NCBI GenBank assembly: GCA_965365625.1
Contig: CBDUCL010000001.1
Coordinates: 1 to 51,929 of the forward strand
Source: an uncultured Chromatiales bacterium
GTDB taxonomy: Bacteria; Pseudomonadota; Gammaproteobacteria; Chromatiales; Chromatiaceae
Direction: 5' to 3'
Length of the DNA: 51,929 bases
Shown: piece after piece, positions 21,589 through 30,299 of the stretch
Layout of the letters: each line of letters opens with the position of its first letter
How positions within the stretch are numbered: position 1 is the stretch's first letter
Notes under the pieces: generated by a model
What the model was told of the DNA's origin: nothing
Database searches by the model: none
What the model saw: the letters and a program-made list of their open reading frames with translations, nothing else
Made by a program: the position numbers and the translations under genes

Positions 21589-23136
21589 ATGTCCAGTCCC
21601 GCAGCCCAGAAAAGTTGGGGTCAGACCCTGGCCGCTTATGGCCACCCGCGGGTGGTCACCATGCTGTTTCTCGGTTTCTCTGCGGGGCTGCCGCTGTTGC
21701 TGATCTTCGGCACCCTGTCGGTGTGGTTGCGCGAGGCGGGATTGGAGCGCAGCACCATCACCTTCCTGAGTTGGGCCGGCCTGGGCTATGGATTCAAGTT
21801 CGTCTGGGCGCCGCTGGTGGACAAGTTGCCGCTGCCATGGCTGAGCCGGCATCTGGGACGACGCCGCGCCTGGCTGCTGCTTTCCCAGGCGGCCATCATC
21901 GCCGCCATCCTGGCCATGGCCCTCACCGATCCCGCCGAAAACCTGGTGCCCATGGCCTTGGCGGCGGTGTTGCTGGGGTTTTCTTCCGCCACCCAGGATA
22001 TCGTCATCGACGCCTACCGCATCGAGTCGGCCCCCGGCGGTCTGCAGGCCCTGATGTCGTCTACCTATATCGCCGGTTACCGCATTGGCATGTTGGCCGC
22101 CGGCGCCGGCGCCCTCAAAGCCGCTGCCTGGCTGGGTTCCTCCGGCGACGGCTATGCCTATCAGGCTTGGCAGCTTGCCTACATCTGCATGGCCGGCGCC
22201 ATGCTGGTGGGCGTGACGACCACCCTGCTGATTCGCGAACCGGAGACCCAGGCCCGTCCCAGCCCCTATCTCAATGGCCTGTCTCATTATCTGCGTTTTC
22301 TGTTGATGTTCCTGCTGGTGGTGGCGGCCTTCGCCGCTGCATTCTGGGGTTTCGAGCGCGGCTTCGGGGATTGGTTCGGGATGGAGGCCGGCCGCTTCGG
22401 CGGTTTCCTCTGGGGTCTGTTGCGCCTGCTGTTGGCGTTGGCGGCGGCTTGGTGGGCCGGACGCATGGTGGTCGCATTGGGGTTGGTGCCGGGGTCGGTG
22501 CTGCGCGAAACCTACCTCGACCCGCTCCAGGATTTTTTTCTGCGCTATGGGCGAACGGCGCTGTTGATCCTGCTGCTGATCGGTTGCTACCGAATTTCCG
22601 ATATCGTGCTCGGGGTGATTTCCAACGTCTTCTACACCGACCTCGGCTTTGACAAGCACCAGATCGCCGATATCACCAAGACCTTTGGCTTGCTTATGAC
22701 CCTGCTCGGCGGCTTCCTTGGCGGCGCCCTGGCGTTGCGTTATGGGGTGATGCCGATCTTATTTCTGGGTGCGGTGCTGTCAGCCGGTACCAATCTTCTG
22801 TTTATGATCCTGGCCCAGCAGGGCCCGGATGTGGTCTGGTTGGTGCTGGTGATCTCGGCCGACAATATCAGCGGTGGGATTGCCGCTGCCGCCTTCGTGG
22901 CCTATCTTTCCGGGCTGACTCAGGTCTCGTTCACCGCCTTTCAATATGCACTGTTTAGCTCCCTGATGCTGTTGTTGCCCAAGTTCTTAGGGGGCTATTC
23001 CGGCTCCATTGTGGATGCCATCGGCTATCAGAACTTTTTTCTGATCACCGCCTTGATGGGGCTGCCCGTGCTGCTGCTGATCTGGCTGGCGACCCGTTAT
23101 GCCCCGGCCGGGACTCGGACCGCGGCTGCGGGCTGA
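21589..23136 (+). CDS. ampG: AmpG-family muropeptide MFS permease
   Basis: Start moved to ATG 21589 (MSSPAAQKSWGQTLAAYGHPRVVTMLFLGFSAGLPLLL...). It is a multi-TM MFS with the AmpG-like N-terminal signature. It is divergent from pyrE. Confidence 0.88.
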   Translation: MSSPAAQKSWGQTLAAYGHPRVVTMLFLGFSAGLPLLLIFGTLSVWLREAGLERSTITFLSWAGLGYGFKFVWAPLVDKLPLPWLSRHLGRRRAWLLLSQAAIIAAILAMALTDPAENLVPMALAAVLLGFSSATQDIVIDAYRIESAPGGLQALMSSTYIAGYRIGMLAAGAGALKAAAWLGSSGDGYAYQAWQLAYICMAGAMLVGVTTTLLIREPETQARPSPYLNGLSHYLRFLLMFLLVVAAFAAAFWGFERGFGDWFGMEAGRFGGFLWGLLRLLLALAAAWWAGRMVVALGLVPGSVLRETYLDPLQDFFLRYGRTALLILLLIGCYRISDIVLGVISNVFYTDLGFDKHQIADITKTFGLLMTLLGGFLGGALALRYGVMPILFLGAVLSAGTNLLFMILAQQGPDVVWLVLVISADNISGGIAAAAFVAYLSGLTQVSFTAFQYALFSSLMLLLPKFLGGYSGSIVDAIGYQNFFLITALMGLPVLLLIWLATRYAPAGTRTAAAG

Positions 23137-23816
23137 TGGAGCAGGGCCTCTCCTATGCGGCGGCTTTCGTCGTCGGCCTGCTCGGCGGGGTGCACTGCGT
23201 GGGGATGTGCGGGGGCATCGTCGGCGCCCTGAGCTTCGGATTGGCGGCGTCGCGGCGCAGCGATCCCCGCGCCATGTTGCCCCTGCTGGCGGCCTACAAT
23301 CTGGGTCGCATCGCCAGCTACGGCCTAGCCGGTCTGTTGGCCGGCGGCCTCGGCATGCTGCTGGCCTCTAGCCTGCCCCTTTGGTATGCCCAGCGCGCCC
23401 TGCTCCTGTTGGCGGGGTTGTTCATGTTGGGCTTGGGGTTGTACCTGGGGGGCTGGTGGTTCGGCCTGAGCCGCATCGAGCACCTGGGCGGCGCCCTTTG
23501 GCGGCGGATCGAGCCCCTGGCCCGCCGCTGGTTGCCGGTGCGCTCGCCCTCCCAGGCTTTGGTGCTGGGGGCGCTCTGGGGATGGGTGCCCTGCGGTTTG
23601 GTCTACAGTGTGCTGGTTTGGGCCCTGTCTTCCGGCGGCCCACTGCGCGGAGCCGGTCTTATGTTGGCCTTCGGGCTCGGCACCTTGCCGAATCTGCTGT
23701 TGATGGGGGTCGCCGCCGGCAGTCTGGCCGGTTGGCTGCGCCGACGCGGCGTACGCCAGGTGGCAGGGGGCTTGGTCGCTGGGTTCGGGCTTTTCACCCT
23801 CTGGCAGGCGTGGTAA
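23136..23816 (+). CDS. TauE/SafE- or DsbD_2-like integral membrane protein
   Basis: 226 aa, about 6 TM, with motifs GGVHCVGMCGG and WGWVPCGLVY. Its ATG overlaps the ampG stop (TGATG). Confidence 0.7.
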   Translation: MEQGLSYAAAFVVGLLGGVHCVGMCGGIVGALSFGLAASRRSDPRAMLPLLAAYNLGRIASYGLAGLLAGGLGMLLASSLPLWYAQRALLLLAGLFMLGLGLYLGGWWFGLSRIEHLGGALWRRIEPLARRWLPVRSPSQALVLGALWGWVPCGLVYSVLVWALSSGGPLRGAGLMLAFGLGTLPNLLLMGVAAGSLAGWLRRRGVRQVAGGLVAGFGLFTLWQAW

Positions 23817-23850
23817 GCCCCGGAGCCGTCGGGCTCCAGGGCGGCGTTTC

Positions 23851-24294
23851 TCAATCGATGTAGAATTGTTGGCTCAGGCGCGCCTGGTAGGGTGAGGATT
23901 CCCCCTCCGGCGTGACTTCGATATCGAAGTTCAGCGTCTCCTGATTGGTGATGCGGAAGTCGCCGATATAGTAGATCGCCTCGCCGTCGCGGATCTCACG
24001 CATATCGATCCCGCGGCTCTGGCCGGTCAGGTTGGTGGCCTGGACGCTCACCTCAGCGGCCACCGAATGCCCGACCTGGCCGGGAATCCCGCGAATCACG
24101 CTGACATTGAGCATGCCACGGTTCTTGCTGCGGGTCAGATTGTAGTGCCGAGCGACCTCCGGCGACAGGGTGTCGGTGGTGAATGCGTTGTGGTGGATTA
24201 CGTAGCCCGGAATATTGGTGCTGTTTTCCGCCAGGCCGCTCAGCGGCAGGGAGAACAGGGCCAACGCGGCCAGGGTTGCTGCAAAATTTTTCAT
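23851..24294 (-). CDS. DUF4426 domain-containing periplasmic protein
   Basis: 147 aa with a signal peptide (LAALALFSLPLSGLA) and a GAGGAG RBS. The sequence (YVIHHNAFTTDTL...NRGMLNVSV) matches my recollection of DUF4426, which sits next to the yggT/proC block in pseudomonads. Confidence 0.7.
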   Translation of the reverse strand: MKNFAATLAALALFSLPLSGLAENSTNIPGYVIHHNAFTTDTLSPEVARHYNLTRSKNRGMLNVSVIRGIPGQVGHSVAAEVSVQATNLTGQSRGIDMREIRDGEAIYYIGDFRITNQETLNFDIEVTPEGESSPYQARLSQQFYID

Positions 24295-24524
24295 CGATAC
24301 TCCTCAGCATATTTGGCAGTCTTTTTGCTGCCGATCAATTCCAATTGAGACCGCATCTCCAATGCGCGTTTCCCGTGGTTGCCTGGGCGATCACAAAGTG
24401 CCGTCGGAAACCGCGGTTTCGAAAGCCGTGCTGAGTATGGCCAGACCGGCTTTATGATCAGCTGCTTCTTGGAAGCCAAGCATATAGCGCATTCGGGGCG
24501 GCGGCAATGGGGACAACGCCGAAC

Positions 24525-24809
24525 TCAAGGCCGCTCTAGACCAAGCGGCAGCCGTTCCGGTGCTTGAATCCGTACCCGTTTGTTGCGGCTTGCCGCACCG
24601 CTCTCCAAGTGCACCCTCGCCTTGGGAACATCGAAGGCCTTGGCCAGAAAGCGAGTCAGTTGGGCATTGGCTTTGCCCTCTACCGGCGGCGCGCTGAGGC
24701 GCAGCTTGAGGCGCTCGCCCACGGGGTCGCCGAAGGCGTCGCGGCCGGCCCGGGGCTGCACCCGCAGAGCCAGCAGCAGGTCCGCACCGTCCCAGTGGTA
24801 CCAGCTCAA
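24525..24809 (-). CDS. yggU: DUF167 (YggU) family protein
   Basis: The conserved YggU core (LLALRVQPRAGRDAF...LKLRLSAPPVEGKANAQLTRFLAKAF) has no in-frame ATG upstream within reach. TTG 24809 overlaps the yggT stop (TTGA) and gives 94 aa. Confidence 0.8.
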   Translation of the reverse strand: MSWYHWDGADLLLALRVQPRAGRDAFGDPVGERLKLRLSAPPVEGKANAQLTRFLAKAFDVPKARVHLESGAASRNKRVRIQAPERLPLGLERP

Positions 24810-25381
24810 AAAGGGCTGCCGGTGAGCGCGCGCAGGGGCGGGAGAATCAGCATCTCCAACACCACCAGCCCGATCATTACCAGCATAGGCGAAAGGTCGA
24901 GGCCGCCGATCGGCGGCAACAGGCGCCGAGCCGGCGTCAGCAGGGGTTCGGAAAGGCGGGCCACCAGATCTAGCGCCGGGTTGTAGCCGCCGGGATTGAG
25001 CCAGCTCATGATTACCTGGATCAGCACCGCGAACAGGAAGATATTGATGCCCAGGGCAACCAGTTCGGGCAGCGCCCACAACAGGGGGCCGAACAGGTGC
25101 AGGCCGTGGCCCTTGATCAGCACGACCAGCAGCAGCTCCAGTGCCTTCACCAGCCAGGCCAGTAGCAGCGAAGCGAGATCCCAACCGCCCCAGCCAGACA
25201 CCAGTCGGCGCAGGGGGCGCAGTGCCGGGTCGGTAACTTGGACCACGAACTGGGAAACCGGATTGTAAAAATCCGCGCGCAGATATTGCAGCAGAAACCG
25301 CAGTACCACCACCAGGGCATAGAGCCCGAGCAGGACCTGGACCAGGAAGGCCAAGGGGTTGGTCAGGTAGGAGCCGTCCAT
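24806..25381 (-). CDS. yggT: YggT family membrane protein
   Basis: Start moved to ATG 25381 (MDGSYLTNPLAFLVQVLLGLYALVVVLRFLLQ...). It has two YGGT repeats and begins 1 nt after the proC stop. Confidence 0.85.
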   Translation of the reverse strand: MDGSYLTNPLAFLVQVLLGLYALVVVLRFLLQYLRADFYNPVSQFVVQVTDPALRPLRRLVSGWGGWDLASLLLAWLVKALELLLVVLIKGHGLHLFGPLLWALPELVALGINIFLFAVLIQVIMSWLNPGGYNPALDLVARLSEPLLTPARRLLPPIGGLDLSPMLVMIGLVVLEMLILPPLRALTGSPF

Positions 25382-25382
25382 A

Positions 25383-26222
25383 CTATTGATTCCCCAACAT
25401 TTGCGACAGGTCTCGGGAGCGGTCTCGGGCCGCCTGCAGGGCGTCACGGAAGAGGTCTCGCACGCCGCCTTGCTCCAGAACCTCCAGCGCCCGTTCCGTG
25501 GTACCGCCGGGGGAGGTCACCCGGTGGCGCAGATGCTCCGGGGTCTCGCTGCTCTCGATCGCCATGCGGGCCGCCCCAAGGGCAGTCTGCAGGGTCAATA
25601 GCTGGGCTGTCTCCCGGGACAGTCCCAGCTCTTCGCCGGCCTGGCTCATGGCCTCCATGATCAAAAAGAAGTAGGCGGGGCCACTGCCGGACAGGGCGGT
25701 GACCGCGTCCATCAATGCCTCGTCATCTACCCACTGGGTAATGCCCACCGCCCGCATTATGCTTTCGGCCAGGTTCTTCTGGGCCTCGCTGACCTCCGGG
25801 CTGGCGTGCAGTACGCTGGCCCCCGACTGCACCATGGCTGGGGTGTTGGGCATACCACGCACCAGCGGCAAACCGCCGCCGAGCCAGTTCAGCAGGTCCT
25901 CCTCGCGCACCCCGGCGGCAATGGAGATCAGCAGCGGGCGTTGCTTCCGGAGGCCGGGGGCCAGCTCCCGCGCCACGGCCTCCAGTACCTGCGGCTTGAC
26001 CGCCAGTACCACCACGCCGGCACCAGCCAATGCGGCCGCATTGTCGGACGCGACGCGAATACCGAAGCGGGCGGCCAGCCGGCTCAGCTGTTCCTGGTCC
26101 GGATCACTGGCCTGGATGCGGGCTGGGTCATGGCCGTCTGCGATCAGACCGCCGATCAGGCTCGTGGCCATATTGCCGGCACCAATGAACGCTATTTGGG
26201 TGTTGTTCATAATCGACTTCAT
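25383..26222 (-). CDS. proC: pyrroline-5-carboxylate reductase
   Basis: 279 aa. IAFIGAGNMA is the NADP fold and VTSPGGTTERAL is the ProC signature. The alternative ATG at 26210 cannot be excluded. Confidence 0.95.
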   Translation of the reverse strand: MKSIMNNTQIAFIGAGNMATSLIGGLIADGHDPARIQASDPDQEQLSRLAARFGIRVASDNAAALAGAGVVVLAVKPQVLEAVARELAPGLRKQRPLLISIAAGVREEDLLNWLGGGLPLVRGMPNTPAMVQSGASVLHASPEVSEAQKNLAESIMRAVGITQWVDDEALMDAVTALSGSGPAYFFLIMEAMSQAGEELGLSRETAQLLTLQTALGAARMAIESSETPEHLRHRVTSPGGTTERALEVLEQGGVRDLFRDALQAARDRSRDLSQMLGNQ

Positions 26223-26268
26223 AATCTGGGTTCCAGAGGTTCCGAATGCTTTCTAAACGGTCATGGGG

Positions 26269-26955
26269 TCAAGCACGGGGCCCGAAGATGGCGGTACCTA
26301 CCCGCACCAGCGTCGCACCCTCGGCGATGGCCGCTTCCAGGTCCGCGGACATCCCCATCGAAAGGGTGGCCAGCGGCAAGCCCGGGCCGGCCAAGCGATC
26401 GCGCAGCCGGCGCAGCTCGGCAAACGGTCGGCGCTGGGCCTCGAGTCCCTCGGCGGGGGCCGGGATGGCCATCAGGCCGCACAGCTCTAATCTCGGCAGT
26501 TCCCGCACCGAGGCTATAAGGTCTGCCACCGCTTGCGGCGCCAGCCCGCCCTTGCTCTCTTCGTTGCTGATGTTCACCTGCAGGCAGAGCTTGAGCGGCG
26601 GCAGTTCCGGCGGGCGTTGCTGGCTCAGGCGCCGGGCGTGGCGTGCCTCGCTCAGGCAATGCACCCAGGAGAAATGGGCGGCGATGGCGGCGGTCTTGTT
26701 GCCCTGGATGCGACCAATATAGTGCCATTCCAGTTTTAAATCCGCGAGTTCGCGGGCCTTGTCCAGGGCCTCTTGCACATAGTTCTCGCCGAAACAGACC
26801 TGGCCGGCGCTGTGGGCGGAGCGGATCGCCGCCGTCGGCTGGGTCTTCGAGACCGCAAGCAAGCGCACCGATCCAGGGTTGCGGCCGAAGCGGCTCTCGG
26901 CTTCGGCGATGCGTTGGCGGGTGATCTGCAGGCGTTGGGCAATCGCGGTCGTCAA
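26269..26955 (-). CDS. yggS: YggS-family pyridoxal-phosphate homeostasis protein
   Basis: The YggS core is present (LLAVSKTQP with the PLP lysine, WHYIGRIQGNK, SMGMSADLEAAI). The ORF-track ATG 27066 would leave only 14 nt to divergent pilT. TTG 26955 gives a typical 228 aa. The exact start is uncertain. Confidence 0.8.
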   Translation of the reverse strand: MTTAIAQRLQITRQRIAEAESRFGRNPGSVRLLAVSKTQPTAAIRSAHSAGQVCFGENYVQEALDKARELADLKLEWHYIGRIQGNKTAAIAAHFSWVHCLSEARHARRLSQQRPPELPPLKLCLQVNISNEESKGGLAPQAVADLIASVRELPRLELCGLMAIPAPAEGLEAQRRPFAELRRLRDRLAGPGLPLATLSMGMSADLEAAIAEGATLVRVGTAIFGPRA

Positions 26956-27080
26956 GGTCGGGTCGTCTATACTAAAATCGGTTCTAGGGTTAGAACGAAT
27001 GATAACCGAGCCCGTTTCCGGTGTCCGCCGCCATCGCGCCGCGCCGGCGGCGATGGCAGTAACCAAGGGGATGAGCTCTC

Positions 27081-28118
27081 ATGGACATTACCGAATTGCT
27101 TGCGTTCGGCGTCAAGCACAACGCGTCAGATTTGCACCTGTCGGCGGGTCTGCCGCCAATGATTCGGGTCGACGGTGATATTCGCCGCATCAATGTCCCG
27201 GCCCTCGAACACAAGAACGTGCATCAGTTGGTGTACGACATCATGAACGACAAGCAGCGCAAGGACTACGAGGAGTTTCTGGAAACGGACTTCTCGTTCG
27301 CGGTGCCCGGCCTGGCGCGTTTTCGCGTCAATGCCTTCAACCAGGACCGCGGGTCCAGTGCGGTGTTTCGTACCATTCCTTCGATCATTAAGTCGCTCGA
27401 GGACCTGAACTGCCCGCCCAGCTTCAAGGAGCTGATCAATGTGCCGCGCGGATTGATCCTGGTCACCGGGCCCACCGGCTCGGGGAAGTCCACGACTCTG
27501 GCGGCGATGATCAACCATATCAATGAAAACGACTACGGTCACATTCTTACCATCGAGGACCCGATCGAGTTCGTGCACCAAAGCAAGAAGTGCCTGATCA
27601 ACCAGCGCGAGGTGCACCGCGATACGCTGGGCTTCGCGGTGGCGCTGCGGTCGGCCCTGCGCGAGGATCCGGACATCGTTCTGGTGGGCGAGATGCGCGA
27701 CCTCGAGACTATCCGCTTGGCCCTCACCGCTGCCGAGACGGGGCACTTGGTATTCGGCACCCTGCACACCAGCTCGGCGGCCAAGACCATCGACCGCATC
27801 ATCGACGTGTTCCCGGCTGCTGAGAAGAGCATGGTGCGTTCCATGCTCTCGGAATCCCTGCGCGCGGTAATCGCCCAGACCCTGCTCAAGAAGCCCGGCG
27901 GAGGCCGGATTGCTGCCTGGGAGATCATGGTCGGCACCCCGGCCATCCGCAACCTGGTCCGCGAAGATAAGGTGGCGCAGATGTACTCGGCGATCCAGAC
28001 TGGCCAGGCCTCAGGTATGCAGACCCTGGACCAGCACCTGCTGGAATTGGTGAAACAGGGCTTGGTGTCCAAGACCGACGCCCGCCTCAAGGCCGTCAAC
28101 AAAGAGCAATTCCGCTGA
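27081..28118 (+). CDS. pilT: type IV pilus retraction ATPase PilT
   Basis: 345 aa with AAGGGGA RBS, Walker A GPTGSGKST, Asp box GHILTIEDPIEF, Walker B DIVLVGEMRD, His box TGHLVFGTLHT and the AIRNLVRE motif. Confidence 0.95.
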   Translation: MDITELLAFGVKHNASDLHLSAGLPPMIRVDGDIRRINVPALEHKNVHQLVYDIMNDKQRKDYEEFLETDFSFAVPGLARFRVNAFNQDRGSSAVFRTIPSIIKSLEDLNCPPSFKELINVPRGLILVTGPTGSGKSTTLAAMINHINENDYGHILTIEDPIEFVHQSKKCLINQREVHRDTLGFAVALRSALREDPDIVLVGEMRDLETIRLALTAAETGHLVFGTLHTSSAAKTIDRIIDVFPAAEKSMVRSMLSESLRAVIAQTLLKKPGGGRIAAWEIMVGTPAIRNLVREDKVAQMYSAIQTGQASGMQTLDQHLLELVKQGLVSKTDARLKAVNKEQFR

Positions 28119-28182
28119 GCCGCGGCCGATCTGGCCCCGCTTGGCACAATCGGGCCGGCCCACCGGCCCTTCGGAGGCAGCC

Positions 28183-29256
28183 GTGGACCTGAACGCTTTA
28201 CTCCTGTTGATGGCCAAGAAACAGGCCTCTGACCTGTTCATTACCGTCAACAAACCGCCCTGTCTCAAGATCGACGGCCAGATCTTTCCGGTCACTGCCC
28301 CAGCCCTGGGCGAGCAGGAAACCCGGAAGCTGGTGGCGGCGGCCATGAACGACGAGCAGCAGAAGCGCTTCGCCGCCGAGCGTGAGTGCAACTTTGCGCT
28401 GCAGCACAAGGACATTGGCCGCTTCCGCGTCAGCGCCTTCGTGCAGAAAGACGAGCCGGGTATGGTGTTGCGCCTGATCAAGACCCAGATCCCGACCATC
28501 GAAGAGCTGAATCTTCCGCAGATTCTCAAGCAGCTGGCCATGGTCAAACGCGGCCTGGTACTGTTCGCCGGCGCCACCGGCACCGGCAAGTCGACTTCCC
28601 TGGCGGCAATGATCGGCTACCGCAACCGCGAGCATGACAAGGCAATCATCACCCAACGCGAGGTCGGGATCGACACTGATTCCTACGAGACGGCCCTGCG
28701 CAATACCCTGCGCCAGGCCCCCGACGTGATCCTGATCGGCGAGATCCGCAGCCGGGAGGTCATGGACCACGCCATTGCCTTTGCCGAAACCGGCCACCTC
28801 TGCCTGTCCACCGTGCATGCCAATACGGCCCCCACCACCTTGGACCGGATCATCAACTTCTTTCCCGAGGATCGGCGGGATCAGCTGCTGCTCGATTTGT
28901 CACTGAATCTGCGGGCGGTGGTGTCTCAGCAGTTGCTGCGCCGGGCCGACGGTGCCGGCCGGGTGCCGGTGGTCGAGGTGTTGTTGAATACGCCGCTGGT
29001 AGCGGATCATATCCGCAAGGGCGATATCGATACCCTGCGTGACATCATGAAGCGTTCCACCGAGCAGGGTATGACCACTTTCGATAAGGGCCTCTATCAA
29101 CTCTACACCAAGGGTCTGATCACCTATGAAGATGCCTTGAAGTACGCGGTCTCGGCCAACGAGGTGCGGTTGATGGTGAAGCTGGGTGAAAGCGGCCAGC
29201 TGGATCGATTGTCCAACGACGACTTCCATGATATCCAGCTGCTGCGGGACGAATGA
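28183..29256 (+). CDS. pilU: PilT/PilU-family type IVa pilus ATPase PilU (variant lacking the Asp-box segment)
   Basis: GTG 28183 is preceded by GGAGG. Walker A GATGTGKST, Walker B DVILIGEIR and His box TGHLCLSTVHA are present. The region between Walker A and IITQREV is 17 aa shorter than in PilT. Confidence 0.85.
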   Translation: MDLNALLLLMAKKQASDLFITVNKPPCLKIDGQIFPVTAPALGEQETRKLVAAAMNDEQQKRFAAERECNFALQHKDIGRFRVSAFVQKDEPGMVLRLIKTQIPTIEELNLPQILKQLAMVKRGLVLFAGATGTGKSTSLAAMIGYRNREHDKAIITQREVGIDTDSYETALRNTLRQAPDVILIGEIRSREVMDHAIAFAETGHLCLSTVHANTAPTTLDRIINFFPEDRRDQLLLDLSLNLRAVVSQQLLRRADGAGRVPVVEVLLNTPLVADHIRKGDIDTLRDIMKRSTEQGMTTFDKGLYQLYTKGLITYEDALKYAVSANEVRLMVKLGESGQLDRLSNDDFHDIQLLRDE

Positions 29257-29411
29257 GCGCTCCGGGATTCGAATGGCCCGCCGTTTGAGGTCAAAATCCG
29301 GGAGATGCCGGGGCGCAGTGGCCAGTTTGACCGGCCGGCGGCGTTGTTGTCGGTCGGGCGGCGGTTGCAGTCCCAACGGCGGTCGCCGTTGCGACGCTGT
29401 CCCGAACCGGC

Positions 29412-30299
29412 TCAATCGGCGCTGTATACCTGGTGGGCGTCGAACACAGGGCCATCGACGCAGACCCGGCGCATGGCCGGGCCCTCCGGCGTCTGTATCT
29501 GCACCACGCACCCGGCGCAGCCGCCCACGGCACAGGCCATGAACTCTTCCAACGAGACCTGGCAGGGCAGACCGAATTCTCGGGCCAGCGCGGCGACCGC
29601 CTCCAGCATCGGGTGCGGCCCGCAAGCGAATAGCTCGACCTCGGCCAAGGCCCCGGCGTCCAGCTGCGCCAGCCAGGGGCGGGCCAGCCCCGTTACATAA
29701 CCCTGAAAACAGCCGGGGCGGGCCTCCAGGCTGGCCAGGCGGCTGGGGATCCCCCAGTCTTCCAACAGGGGCATGCCGGCGATGACCCCATCCGGCAGGC
29801 CGCCTACCATGATTTGAGACGGGCGCGGGGCGAAGGGGAAGGGGGCCTCCGAGCCGAGGATCACCCAGGGTTCGTAGTCCGGCCGGCGGCTCAGGTCGTC
29901 GGCCAGAAACACCATGGGCGGCATGCCCACGCCGCCGCCGATCAGCAGCGGCCGGCGACGCTCCGGACGCAATTGGAACGGGTGGCCGATTGGCCCGAGC
30001 AGGCTGACGCGGGCCCCGACTGGCTGGCGTGCCAGCAACCCGGTGCCCTGGCCCACCGCTTTGTACAGGAACTCTACCCAGCCCTGCTCGGCGCCGGTGC
30101 GCATGATCGAGATCGGCCGCCGCATCGGCAGTTGGGGGTCGCATTGCAGGTGGGCAAAGCTGCCGGGTCGGGCAGCGCGGGCACACTCCGGGGCCTGCAG
30201 CCGCAGCACATACTGATCGCCGGCAAAGGCCTGGTGGCTGAGGATCTCGGCGGATTCCAGGAAGATGCTGTTGCGATGGCTGGGGTGTTGCGTGGTCAT
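29412..30299 (-). CDS. PyrK-like ferredoxin-reductase-type FAD/[2Fe-2S] electron-transfer protein
   Basis: 295 aa with an FAD motif RRPISI, an NAD(P) fold LLIGGGVGMPPM and a C-terminal cluster motif CAVGGCAGC...C. Its ATG overlaps the pyrC' stop (ATGA). Confidence 0.8.
   Translation of the reverse strand: MTTQHPSHRNSIFLESAEILSHQAFAGDQYVLRLQAPECARAARPGSFAHLQCDPQLPMRRPISIMRTGAEQGWVEFLYKAVGQGTGLLARQPVGARVSLLGPIGHPFQLRPERRRPLLIGGGVGMPPMVFLADDLSRRPDYEPWVILGSEAPFPFAPRPSQIMVGGLPDGVIAGMPLLEDWGIPSRLASLEARPGCFQGYVTGLARPWLAQLDAGALAEVELFACGPHPMLEAVAALAREFGLPCQVSLEEFMACAVGGCAGCVVQIQTPEGPAMRRVCVDGPVFDAHQVYSAD

Noticed and set aside
20860-22659. 599-aa minus-strand ORF, the longest 'hypothetical' in the track
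   Set aside because: It lies antisense to the well-supported ampG and pyrE genes. The translation is Arg/Pro/Gly/His-rich low-complexity with no recognisable motif. This is a typical shadow ORF of a high-GC genome.
28900-30186. 428-aa minus-strand ORF spanning the pilU 3' end, the intergenic gap and the PyrK-like gene
   Set aside because: It is out of frame with the PyrK-like CDS, which has FAD, NAD and FeS motifs. It crosses a convergent intergenic region and is Arg/Pro/Gly-rich.
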